From an uncultured Gemmatimonadales bacterium (GTDB lineage Bacteria > Gemmatimonadota > Gemmatimonadetes > Longimicrobiales > Longimicrobiaceae), in contig OY970303.1 of NCBI GenBank assembly GCA_963716255.1, positions 2,976,001 to 3,040,000 on the forward strand: a stretch of 64,000 nucleotides of DNA. Reading direction: 5' to 3'. Both the position numbers and the translations under genes were made by a program. Under the pieces are notes generated by a model. The model was not told where the DNA came from, did no database searches, and saw only the letters and a program-made list of their open reading frames with translations. This document shows, piece by piece, positions 51,747-63,700 of the stretch (positions within the stretch are counted from its first letter, which is position 1; every line of letters begins with the position of its first letter).

Positions 51747-54700
51747 TCAGATGTCCTTGAGGAGCCGCATCACCTCCTCGTCCGAAAGCTCCGCCAGCCG
51801 GGCCAGCTCCTCGTCCACCTCCCACTCGTCCACCGCCGCCGCCGGCTGGAGCGCCGCCACCTGCGGGACGAGCTCCGCCACCGTGGGAAACTCGAAAACG
51901 GCGCGCAGCGGCAGCTCCACCCCGAACACCTCGCGCACCCGCGCGACCACGCGCGTGGCGAGCAGCGAGTGGCCCCCCAGGTCGAAGAAGTGGTCGTGCA
52001 CCCCCACGCGCTCCAGGTTCAGCACCTCGCCGAACACCCGGGCCAGCAGCTCCTCGGCGGCGTTGCGCGGGGCCACGTACTCCCGCTCCGCGGCGGGCCC
52101 TCCGGGCGCGGGGAGGGCGCGGCGGTCCAGCTTGCCGTTGGGGGTGAGCGGAAGCCCCTCCAGCTCCACGAACGCCGCGGGGACCATGTACTCCGGGACG
52201 TGCTCCCGCAGGTGCGTCCGCAGCTCCCCCGCGCCGGGAGCAGGCCGGTCCGCGGGCGCCACCAGGTAGGCGACGATCCGCCGCTCGCCCGGGGAGTCCT
52301 CGCGCACGACGGCCACCGCCTCGGCCACGCCCGGGTGCGACAGGAGCGCCGACTCGACGTCGCCCAGCTCGATGCGGTATCCGCGCACCTTGACCTGGAA
52401 GTCGGTGCGGCCGAAGTACTCCAGCTCGCCGTCCGTACGCCGGCGGACGCGGTCCATCACCCGGTACATGCGCGAGCCCGGCTCGCCGAACGGGTCGGGC
52501 AGGAAGCGCTCGGCGGTGAGGTGCGGCCGTCCCGCGTAGCCGCGCGCCAGCCCGTCGCCGGCCAGGTACAGCTCGCCCACCACCCCCAGGGGCACCGGCT
52601 CCAGGCGCGCGTCCAGCACAAGCGCCCGGGTGTTCGCCACCGGCCGGCCCACGAAGACCTGTGCCCCGCCCCGCTCCACCCGCGAGTAGGTGGAGTAGGT
52701 GGTGTCCTCCGTGGGCCCGTACAGGTTCCCCACGGTCTCCACCGTCCCCAGCGCGTAGAGCGCCTGGGCGAGCACGGCCGGGAGGGGCTCGCCGCCCAGG
52801 TTCAGCGTCCGCACGCTGGGGGGGATGCCGCCCGTGCGCAGCAGCTCGGCGGCGGCGGTGGGGACCATGCTGGCGTAGACGACGGGCTCCTCGACGCCCG
52901 CCAGCTCCAGCGCGTTCTCCACCATCACCAGCTTGCCGCCCCAGGCCAGCGTCCCGAACACCTCCGCCACCGACACGTCGAAGTTGACGGAGGTGGAGAA
53001 GAGCGCCGCGCCGCGCTCCCCGTCCGACACGATCTCCCGCAGCCAGCGCAGCAGCACCACGGTGCTGGACTGGCGGATCATCACGCCCTTGGGGCGCCCG
53101 GTGGAGCCGGAGGTGAAGATGACGTGCGACAGGTTGTCGGGGAGCACGCCGCTCTCCGGCGCCGCATCGGGCTCGGCCTCCACTGCGGCGCGGGCGGCGT
53201 CTAGCGCCAGGACCGGCGTGCCCCCGGGCAGCACCCCCGCGAGGAGGGTGGTGGTGAGGACCAGCGAGACCCCGGCGTCCTCCTGCATGTAGCCCAGCCG
53301 CTCGCGCGGGTAGGCCGGGTCCAGCGGCACGTAGGCGCCCCCCGCCTTGAGCACGGCCACCAGCGCGACGACCAGCTCGGGGGTGCGCGGCAGGCACACG
53401 CCCACGCGGGTCTCCGGGCCCACGCCCAGCCCGCGGAGGTGGTTGGCGAGCCGGTTGGACCAGCGGTCCAGCTCGCCGTAGGTGATCGTGGCCCCCCGGA
53501 ACGAGAGGGCAGGCGCGGCGGGCGTCCTTTTATTCTGTGCCTCTAAAAGATCGCACACTACCTCCCCGGATGGGTAGTCCCGGTCGGTGTCGTTCGACCC
53601 CCCCAGCACCTGCGCCCGCTCCTCCGCCGGCATCAGCGGCAACGCCGCGACCGGCCGCTCCGGCGCGGCGGCGATCCCCTCCAGCAGCACCCGTAGGTGC
53701 TCCGTCATCCGCCCGATCGTCGCCGGCTCCCACAGCGCCACGCGGTACGACAGCACGCAGTGCAGGCGGCCGCCGCGCTCCGCCACGTTCAGGTGGAGGT
53801 CGAACTTGGCGGTCTCCTCCTCGCGCGACAGCGGCTCCACCTCCACCGCGCCCATCTCCAGCTCGCCGCGCTCCGCGTTCTGCAGCGCGAGGACCGCCTG
53901 GAAGATGGGCGTGTAGCGGAGGCTCCGCTCCACGCGCAGCTCCTCCACCAGCTTCTCGAACGGCACCTCCTGGTGCGCGTACGCCCCCAGCGTCATCTCC
54001 CGCACCCGCCCCAGCAGACCCCGGAAGTCCGGTCCGTCCCCCAGCTCCGCACGCAGCGCAAGCGTGTTCACGAACATCCCGATCAACCCCTCCGTCTCCA
54101 GCCGCGTCCGCCCCGCCAGCGGCGTCCCCACCACCACGTCGTCCTGCCCGCTCCACCGCGACAGCAGCGCCTGCCACCCCGCCAGCAGCGTCATGAACAG
54201 CGTCGCCCCCTCCCGCCGAGACAGCTCCGCCAGCGCACGCGACACCTCTGCCGACAGCGCGAACGGCTGCGACGCCCCCGCCTCGCTCATCACCGCGGGG
54301 CGCGGACGGTCCGTGGGCACCTCCAGCAGCGGCGGCGCCCCCGCAAGCCGCTCCCGCCACCAGCCCACCTGCCGCTCCAGCGCCTCGCCCGACAGCCAGG
54401 CGCGCTGCCACGCCGCGTAGTCGCCGTACTGGATGGGCAGCGCCGCAAGCCGCGGCGCGGCGCCCCGCGAGAACGCGTCGTACAGCGCCGAGACCTCGCG
54501 CACCAGCACGCCCAGCGACCACCCGTCCGCGACGATGTGGTGAAGCGTGAACAGCACCGCGTGCTCCTCCGCCCCGGCGCGCAGGAGCAGTGCGCGCATC
54601 AGCGGCCCGCGCGCCAGGTCGAACGGCCGCAGCGTCTCCTCGCCGATCAGACGCCGCGTCTCCGCCTCCCGCGCATCGGCCGGCAGCCCCGACAGGTCCG

Positions 54701-57700
54701 CCACGGGGAGCCGCAAGTCCACTCGCTCCTGGACGACCTGCATGGGCTCGCCGTCCACCACGGAGAAGACGGTGCGCAGGGCCTCGTGCCGCGCCACCAG
54801 TGCCTCCAGGCTGCGGCGCAGCGCGCCCACGTCCAGCTCGCCGCGCAGGCGCAGCGGGTGAGGCATGTTGTAGGCGGCGCTCTCCGGCGCGAACTGGTGG
54901 ATGAACCACAGCCGCTGCTGCGCGAACGACAGCGGCAGCGGCCCCTCGCGGGGAACCGCCACCAGCGGCGGCACTCCGTCGCCGCCCGCGTGCAGCAGCG
55001 CCTCCAGGCGCTCCGCCGTCCCGCCGAGCGTGGGCGCCTCGAAGAGCGTGCGCAGCGGCAGATCCACCCCGAACGCCTCGCGCACCCGCGCCGTCATCCG
55101 CGTCGCCAGCAGCGAGTGCCCGCCCAGCGCGAAGAAGTCGTCCGACGCGCCCACGCGCTCGGCCTTCAGCACTTCCGCCCAGATGCCGGCCAGGATCTCC
55201 TCCGTGGGCGTGCGCGGCGCCACGTACTCCGCCTCCACCGCGGACTCCTCCGGGTCCGGCAGCGCCCGACGATCCAGCTTGCCGTTGGGCAGCAGGGGCA
55301 GCGCGTCCAGCCTCACCCAGCCCGCCGGCACCATGTACGACGGCAGCCGGTCGGCCAGGTACGCGCGCAGATCCGCCGGAGTCGGCTCCGTCGCGTCGGG
55401 CCCGTCGGACGCGACGACGTAGGCGACCAGGCGCGCCTCGCCCGGCCGCGTCTCCCGCGCGACCACCGCCGCCGCTGCGACGGAGGGGTGCGCCCGCAGC
55501 ACGGCCTCGATTTCCCCCGGCTCCACGCGGACGCCCTGCACCTTGACCTGCTGGTCCACTCGCCCCAGGAACTCCAGCACTCCGTCGCGACGACGCCGCA
55601 CACGGTCGCCCACCCGGTACAGCCGCGCCCCCGCATCCCCCGAGAACGGGTCCGGGACGAACTTCTCGGCCGTCAGGTCGGGCCGCCCCCCATACCCGCG
55701 CGCCAGCCCCGGCGTCGCGATGTACGCCTCACCCGGCACCCCCAGCGGGGTCGGCTCCAGCTCCGCGTCCAGCACGAAGACGCGCGTGTTCCGGATCGGC
55801 ACGCCCACCGGCGCGATCGGCCACGCCTCGTCGTCCGCCACCGTGTGCAGCGTGGACGACATGGTGCACTCCGTCGCACCCCACTGGTTCACCACCCGCA
55901 GCCCCGACCCGAACACCGCGTGCGCCCGCCGAACGTCCGCCACCGGCAGCGGCTCCCCGCTCGCCAGCAGCAGCCGCAGCGACCCCGCGACCCCGTCCGA
56001 CGCCTCGGCTTCCGCCAGGATCGGCCGGAGTACCGAGGGCACCACCGCCAGGATCGCCGTGACGCCGTGATCGCGCACGCGCTCCAGCACCCGCCGCGGA
56101 TCCGCCGTCTCCCTCGCGGGGCTCAGCACCAGGCGCGCTCCCACCGTCAGCGGCCCCAGCGTCTCGCGGATCGACGCGTCGAACGTCGGCGTCGCCACCT
56201 GGAGCACCGTGTCGCCCTCGCCCAGCCCGTATTCCTCCGCCAGGAACGCCAGGTAGTTGGCCGCGCCCCCGTGCGTCGTCAGCACCCCCTTGGGCGTGCC
56301 CGTGGAGCCCGAGGTGTAGATGACGTAGGCGAGGTCCGCAGGACCCCCACCCGGCTCGCTCAGGCTCGCCACCCTCCCCCAATTCTGGGGGAGGGCTTCC
56401 TGTCCCTCGCCTTCCGACGTGTCGTTGTCGTGCTCCCCCTCTCCCCTTGTGGGAGAGGGGGCCGGGGGGTGAGGGGTGTCCACCACCACGATCTGCCCGC
56501 CGAACTCCGGCACCCGCCCGCGCAGCCCCTCTCCCGTCAGCAGCAGCGACGCGCCCGAATCCTCCAGGACGTAGCGGACGCGCTCGGCCGGGTGCGACGG
56601 GTCGAGCGGCACGTACACGGCGCCCGCTTTGAGCACGGCCAGCAGCGCCGCCAGCCACTCCGGGCCCCGCTCCAGGAACACCCCGATCCGTGTCTCCGGA
56701 GCGAGGCGGCGGCGCAGCAGCTCGCGGGCGAGAGTGCCGGCGCGGCGGTCCAGCTCGGCGTAGGTCAGCGAGCCGCCGTCGAACACGGCGGCGACGGCGT
56801 GCGGGGTGCGGGCGGCCTGGCGCTCGAACAGGGCGTGGACGGACAGGTGCCGCGGGTAGGTGCGCACGGGGCCGTGGGCGGCCTCCAGCACGCGGGCGCG
56901 CTCCGCGGCGTCCATCAGCGGCAGCGCGGAGACCGGGCGCTCCGGGTCGGCGGCGAGGCCGTCCAGGAGGACGCGGAAGTGCTCCAGCATCCGCTCCACC
57001 GTGTCCGGCTCGAACAGGTCCGCGCGGAAGGTGACGAACCCGCCCAGGTGGCCGCCGTCCTCGCGCGCGGTGAGGCTCAGGTCGAACTTGGACACCTCCC
57101 CCGACCAGTGCAGCGGCTCCACCTCGCCGCCGCCCATGTCCAGCGCGCTCTCCTCCAGGTTCTGGAAGTTGAACATCACCTGGAAGAGCGGCGTGTGCTG
57201 GAGCGAGCGCCCCGGGGCAAGGTCCTCCACCAGCCGCTCGAAGGGCACGTCCTGGTGCGCGAAGGCGCCCAGCGTGGTGTCCTTGACGCGGCGCAGCAGC
57301 TCGCGCCCGGTGGGGTCGCCGGAAAGGCGGGTGCGCAGGACGAGCGTGTTGACGAAGAACCCGATCAGCCCCTCCAGCTCCACCCGCGTCCGCCCCGCCG
57401 TCCCGGTCCCCACGCTCACGTCGTCCGTGCCGGCGTAGCGCGCCAGGAGGAGCGAGAAGCCGGCAAGCAGGAGCATGAACGGGGTGACGCCCTCGCCGAG
57501 CGCCAGCCGCCGCAGGGCGGTGGAGGTTTCCGGCGGGAGCATGTAGATGCGCCGGTCGCCGCGGATGCCGGGCACGGCGGGGCGCGGGCGGTCGGTGGGG
57601 AGGTTGAGCACGGGGGGGGCGCCCTTCAGCGTCTCGCGCCAGAACGCGAGCTGCTCCTCCAGGCGCTCTCCTGCCAGCCACTCGTGCTGCCAGGCGGCGA

Positions 57701-60700
57701 AGTCCGCGTACTGAACGCGCGGCTCCGGGAGGGGCGAGGGGCGGCCGCGGCGGAAGGCGTCGTACAGCGCCGACAGCTCCTGCACCAGCGCGGTGGTGGA
57801 CCACCCGTCCGCGACGATGTGGTGCAGCGTCAGCAGCATCCCCCACTCGGCGTCCGCCAGGCGGACGAGCGTCGCCCGCAGGAGCGGCCCGCGCTCCAGT
57901 CGGAACGGGTGCACGGCGTCCGCGTCGGCCAGGCGCATCAGCTCGGCGTCGCGGGCGTCGCCCGGGAGGCCGCCGAGGTCCAGCACGGGGACGGAGGCCG
58001 CGCGCGCGGGGCGGATCACCTGCACCGGCTCCCCGTCCTCCACGGCGAAGACGGTGCGCAGCACCTCGTGCCGCCGCACGATCTCGGACAGCGCCCGCCG
58101 CAGCGCGGGCACCTCCATCGTGCCGCGAAGGCGCAGCGGGAACGGCATGTTGTACGCGGGATGCCCCGGCTCCATCCGGTCGATGAACCACAGCCGCCGC
58201 TGCGCGAACGAGAGCGGCAGTGCGCTGCGCGGGTCCCGCGCGACCGGCCGGATCGCCTCCTGCTGCCGCCGGCGGCTCGCGCGCTCCGCCAGCATCCGCC
58301 GCAGCTGGAGCTGCTTGTCCGCGGAATCCGCCGGGGTGGCGTCGGCCGCGGCCCGAGAGTCGTCTGTCGTGGCGGCGGCGGACCGCTCGCCCTCGGCCGG
58401 CGGCAGCAGGGCAGTGAGCCGCGCGGCCAGCCCGGCGACGGTCGGCGACTCGAACAGCGCCCGCAGCGGCAGCTCGGTCCCCGTCTCCTCGGCGATGCGC
58501 GACGTCACGCGCGTGGCCAGCAGCGAGTGCCCGCCCAGCGCGAAGAAGTCGTCGTGCGCACCCACCCGCTCCACCTTCAGCACCTCCGCCCAGATCCCCG
58601 CCAGGCGCTCCTCCACCTCCCCGCGCGGCGCCACGTATTCCGTCCCGCTCCCGGATTCGGGCGCGGGGAGCGCCAGCCGGTCCACCTTCCCCGTCGGCGT
58701 CAGCGGAAGCGCCTCCAGCGCCACTACCACCGAGGGTACCATGTACTCCGGGAGACGGCCCTTCAGCCACCCCCGCAGCTCCCCCGCGTCCACCTCCGCT
58801 CCCTCCGCCGCCACCACGTACCCCACCAGACGGCGCTCACCCCCCTCCTCCCGCACCGCCACCGCCGCCTCCCGCACCCACGCGTGCCCCGCCAGCGCAG
58901 CCTCCACCTCCCCCGGCTCGATCCGGAACCCACGCACCTTCACCTGCGCGTCGGTCCGCCCCAGGAACTCCAGCACTCCCTCCGCGCGCCAGCGCACCCG
59001 GTCTCCCGACCGGTACGCCCGCGCACCCGGCACCCCGCCAAACGCGTCCGGCACGAACTTCTCCGCCGTCAGCTCGGGCCGCCCGCCGTACCCACGCGCC
59101 ACCCCCGCCCCCCCGATCCACAGCTCCCCCGGCACCCCCTCCGGCTGCGCGTTCCCCGCCGCGTCGCACACGTACACGCGCACGTTCCCCAGCGGAGCCC
59201 CGATCCGGTGCCCCTCCACCGCCCCCGACGCCGGCACCCGGTACGCGCACGCCAGCACCGCAGCCTCGGTCGGCCCGTACGTCACGTACGCTCCGGCCGA
59301 CGGGAACGCCTCCCGCATCTCCCCCAGCAGGTCCGGCGGCACCGCCTCGCCCCCCACGAACAGGCGCCGCAGCGCCGGGAGCCGAGGCTCCGCGGACCCG
59401 GCCGCCTCCCGCACGACCTGCCGCATCAGCGCCGGAACCGCGTGCAGCGCCGTCGCGTCCCCCGCCTCCGCCACCAGCCCCGCAGGGTCCATCACCCGCT
59501 CCCGCTCCACCAGCCGCACCGCCGCCCCCACGCTCAGCGGCAGCATCGTCTCGAACAGCCAGATGTCGAACGCGCTGCTCGACAGCACCGGCACCACGTC
59601 GCCCGCACCCATCCCGAACGCTTCGCGCGCGGCGTGCAGCAGGTTCGACAGGCTCCCGTGCTCCACGTGCACCCCCTTGGGCGTCCCCGTAGAGCCCGAG
59701 GTGTAGATGACGTACGCCAGGTGCTCCGGCGCCACCTCTGCGGGGCCCCCACCCGGCTCGCTTAGGCTCGCCACCCTCCCCCAATTCTGGGGGAGGGCTT
59801 CCTGTCCCTCGGCTTCCGACGTGTCGTTGTCGTGCTCCCCCTCCCCCCTTGCGGTGGAGGGGGCCGGGGGGAGGGGGGTCTCTCCGTCCACCACCACGAT
59901 CTCGCCCCCGGACTCCGGCACCGCCGCCGCCGTTTCCGCGCTCGCGACCACCACGCGCAGCGCGGCGTCGCGCGCGATCAGCGCCAGCCGCTCGACCGGG
60001 TAGGCGGGGTCCAGCGGCACATGGGCGCCGCCCGCCTTCCAGATCCCCAGCACGCCCGCGACCAGCCCCGGCGTGCGCTCCACGCACAGCCCCACCGGCA
60101 CCTCCGGCCCCACGCCGAGGCCGCGCAGGCGCGCGGCCAGTGCGTCCGCCCGCGCGTCCAGCTCGGCGTAGGTCAGCGCGCCGCCGGCAAAGAGGACCGC
60201 CACGGCGTCCGGCGTCCGGGCCGCCTGCGCGGCGAAGAGCTGGTGCGCGGGGAGCGGCGGGTACTCGCGCGCGGTGTCGTTCCAGGCGACCAGCACGCGC
60301 TCGCGCTCCGCCGCGTCCATCAGCTCGATGTCGGCGAGGCGGCGGTCCGGGTCCGCGGCCATGCCGGCGAGCAGCGCCCGGAGGTGCGACGCCAGCCGCT
60401 CCATCGTGGACGCGTCGAAGAGCGCGGTGCGGAAGGCGACCACGCCGCGCACCTCGTCGTCCTGTTCGGCGAGCGACAGCTCCAGGTCGAAGCGGACGGA
60501 CCCGCTCTCCGCGGGAAGCGGCTCCACGTCCAGGGAGCCCAGGCGCACCGTCTCCTGCCGGTTGTTCTGGAGCGCGAAGAGGACCTGGAAGAGGGGCGTG
60601 TGGCCGAGGCTCCGCTCCGGCGCCAGCTCCTCCACCAGCCGCTCGAAGGGGACGTCCTGGTGCGCCTGCGCGCCCAGGACGGTCTCCCGCGCGCGGCGGA

Positions 60701-63700
60701 CGAGGACGCGCGGCGTGGGATCGCCGGACAGGTCGGTGCGCAGCACCAGGGTGTTGACGAAGAAGCCGATCAGCCCCTCCAGCTCGGCCCGCGTGCGCCC
60801 CGCCGTGGGCGTGCCCACGACCACGTCCTCCGCCCCCGCCCAGCGCCCCAGCAGCGCCTGCACGCCGGCCAGGAGCGCCGCGAACAGCGTGGCTCCCTCG
60901 CTCCGCGCCAGCGCACGGAGGTCCCGCACCGCGTCCGGGCCCAGGACGAAGGGGACCGCCGCGCCGCGCGCCCCCGGGGCCGGCGGACGGGGACGGTCCG
61001 TGGGCAGCTCCAGCACCGGCGGGGCGCCGGCCAGCCGCTCGCGCCAGAAGGCGAGCTGCGCGTCCAGCACCTCGCCCGTCAGCCAGTCCCGCTGCCAGAC
61101 GGCGTAGTCCGGGTACTGGACCGGGAGCGCGGGGAGCGGCGACGGCTCGCCGCGCGCGAACGCCTCGTACAGCGCGGACACCTCGGCCACGAGCACGCCC
61201 ATGGACCACCCGTCGCCGACGACGTGGTGCAGGGTGAACAGCACCGCGTGCTCCCCGGGCCCCAGGCGCACGGCCACGGTGCGCAGCAGCGGCCCGAGCG
61301 CCAGGTCGAAGGGGCGGCCCGCTTCCCCGTCGGCCAGGCGCCGCAGCGTGCGCTCGCGCGCCTCGCCGGGGAGCCCGGCCAGCTCCACGACGGGGAGGCG
61401 CACCGGCGCGGCGGGGAGCACCTTCTGCACGGGCCGGCCGTCCTCCACGCCGAAGACGGTGCGCAGCGACTCGTGCCGCCGCACCACCTCGCCGAGCGTG
61501 CGCTCCAGCACCGCCACGTCCAGGCGGCCCCGCAGCCGCAGCCCGGCGGGCATGTTGTACGCGGCGCTCCCCGGCTCCATCCGGTCGATGATCCACAGCC
61601 GCTGCTGCGCGAAGGAGAGCGGCAGCGGCTCCTCGCCCCCGCGGCGGGGGATCGGCGCGAGCGGGGAGGCGCCCGGCCCGCCGATCCGCTCCGCGAGCCC
61701 GGCAAGCGTGGGCGCTTCGAACACCGCCCGCAGCGGCAGCTCCACGCCCAGCACCTCGCGGAGGCGGGCGACCACGCGCATGGCCAGGAGCGACTGCCCG
61801 CCCAGGGCGAAGAAGTCGTCGTCGGCGCCCACCCGGCCCACGCCCAGCACCTCCGCCCACACCGCGGCCAGCGCCTCTTCCGTCGGCGTCCGCGGCGGGA
61901 CGTACGACGCGGCCCCGTCCGACGCGCCGGGCGCGGGGAGCGCGCGGCGGTCCGTCTTGCCGTGGGCGGTGAGCGGCATCGCGTCCAGCACCACCAGGGC
62001 GTCCGGCACCATGTAGGCGGGGATCCGCCCTCCCAGGTACGCCCTCAGCTCCGCGGGCGAGACCTCCGCGCCCGCTTCCGCCGTCACGTAGGCCACCAGC
62101 CGCCGCCCGCCGGCAGCGGCCTCGCGCGCGACGACGGCCGCCTCCCGCACCGCAGGGTGCCCGGCCAGCGCCGCCTCCACCTCGCCGGGCTCCACCCGGA
62201 AGCCGCGCACCTTGACCTGGAAATCCACGCGTCCCACGAACTCCAGCACGCCGTCCGCCCGCAGGCGCGCCCGGTCGCCCGAGCGGTACAGCCGCCCCCC
62301 CGGCTCGCCGCCGAACGGATCGGGGACGAAGGCGGCGGCCGTGGGCTCCGGCCGGCCCAGGTAGCCGCGCGCCACACCCGGCCCGCCCACGTACAGCTCC
62401 CCCGGCACGCCCGCGGGGACCGGCTCCAGGCGCCGGTCCAGCAGGTACACGCGCCGGTCGCCCACCGGCCGCCCGATGGGCACCGTGTCGCCGCGGAAGC
62501 CCGCCGGGACCACCCAGGCGGTGCTGAAGACGGTGCACTCGCTGGGGCCGTAGCCGTTGACCAGCCGCAGCCCCGGGTGCAGCTCCAGCGCGCGGCGGAC
62601 GTGCGCCGCGCTGACCGCCTCGCCCCCGGTCATCACCTGGCGCACGCCGCCGAGCACGTCCGGGCAGGTGTCGACCACCAGGTTGAAGAACGCGGACGTC
62701 AGCCACAGCGTGGTCACCCCGTGCTCGCGGACCTGCCGCGCCAGCGCCTCCGGCTCCGGGGTGGCCCCCGGGTACAGGACGCAGACGCCGCCCGTGAGCA
62801 GCGCCGGCCACAGCTCCAGCGTCAGCGCGTCCCACGACACCGGGGAGTGCTGGAGGAGCACCTGGTCCTCGTCGAAGCGCGCGTAGTCCGCCCCGCGAAA
62901 GAAGCCGGGCACGGCGCGATGCGGCACCCCGATGCCCTTGGGCTGGCCGGTGGAGCCGGAGGTGTAGACGACGCAGGCCAGGCTTTCGGGAGACGGCGAG
63001 CGCGGGAGCGCGAAAGCGCCGGAGGGCGTTGCCTCGTCCGCGTCCTCCAGGACCAGCTCGCCCCCGAACCCCGCGAAGCGCTCCGCCAGCCGCGCCCCGG
63101 TCACCAGCGCGGGCGCGCCCGCGTCGGCCAGCACGAAGGCCAGGCGCTCGTCCGGGAACTGCGGGTCGAGCGGGACGTACGCGCCGCCGGCCTTGAGGAT
63201 CCCCAGCAGCCCGGCCACGAGCCCGGGGGAGCGCTCCATGCAGATCCCCACGCGCACGTCCGGGCCCACGCCCAGGGCGGCGAGGCGGTGCGCCAGCGCG
63301 TCGGAGCGCCGGTCCAGCTCGGCGTAGGTGATCGTCGCCGCCCCGTGGACCAGGGCGGTGGCGCCGGGGCGGCGGGCCGCCTGCTCCGCGAACAGCTCGT
63401 GCAGGCAGCGCGGAGCGGGGTCCGCCTCGCCGCCCGCGCTCCCCCCGTCCAGGAGCCGGGCACGCTCGGCGGCGTCCAGGAGCGGGATCGCGGAAAGGGG
63501 GCGGTCCGGGTCCGCCGCGATCCCCGCCATCAGGGCGGCGTACCAGCCGCGGAGCCGCGCCAGCGACTCCTCGTCGAACAGCTCGGCGCGGCCGGAAAGG
63601 CGGCCGTCGATCGGCTCCAGCAGGTCCGTCATGATCGCGGTGAGGTCGAACTTGGCGACCCCGCCGCCCACCCCCATGATCTCGGCCTCCAGCGGGCCCA

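Noticed and set aside
46579..53397. Long alternative-frame minus-strand ORFs rich in R/G/A/P (also 4937-9067, 11504-15292, 18252-22730, 24895-29298, 29554-34587)
   Set aside because: Off-frame products of GC-rich coding DNA overlapping clear NRPS frames.
53525..53605. Diversity-generating retroelement variable region
   Set aside because: No reverse transcriptase or template repeat is visible in the window, and the changes are towards A/T rather than at template adenines.
61785..61817. T-domain motif GGQSL as an inactive carrier
   Set aside because: The phosphopantetheinylated Ser is intact; the His-to-Gln change alone is not evidence of inactivity.
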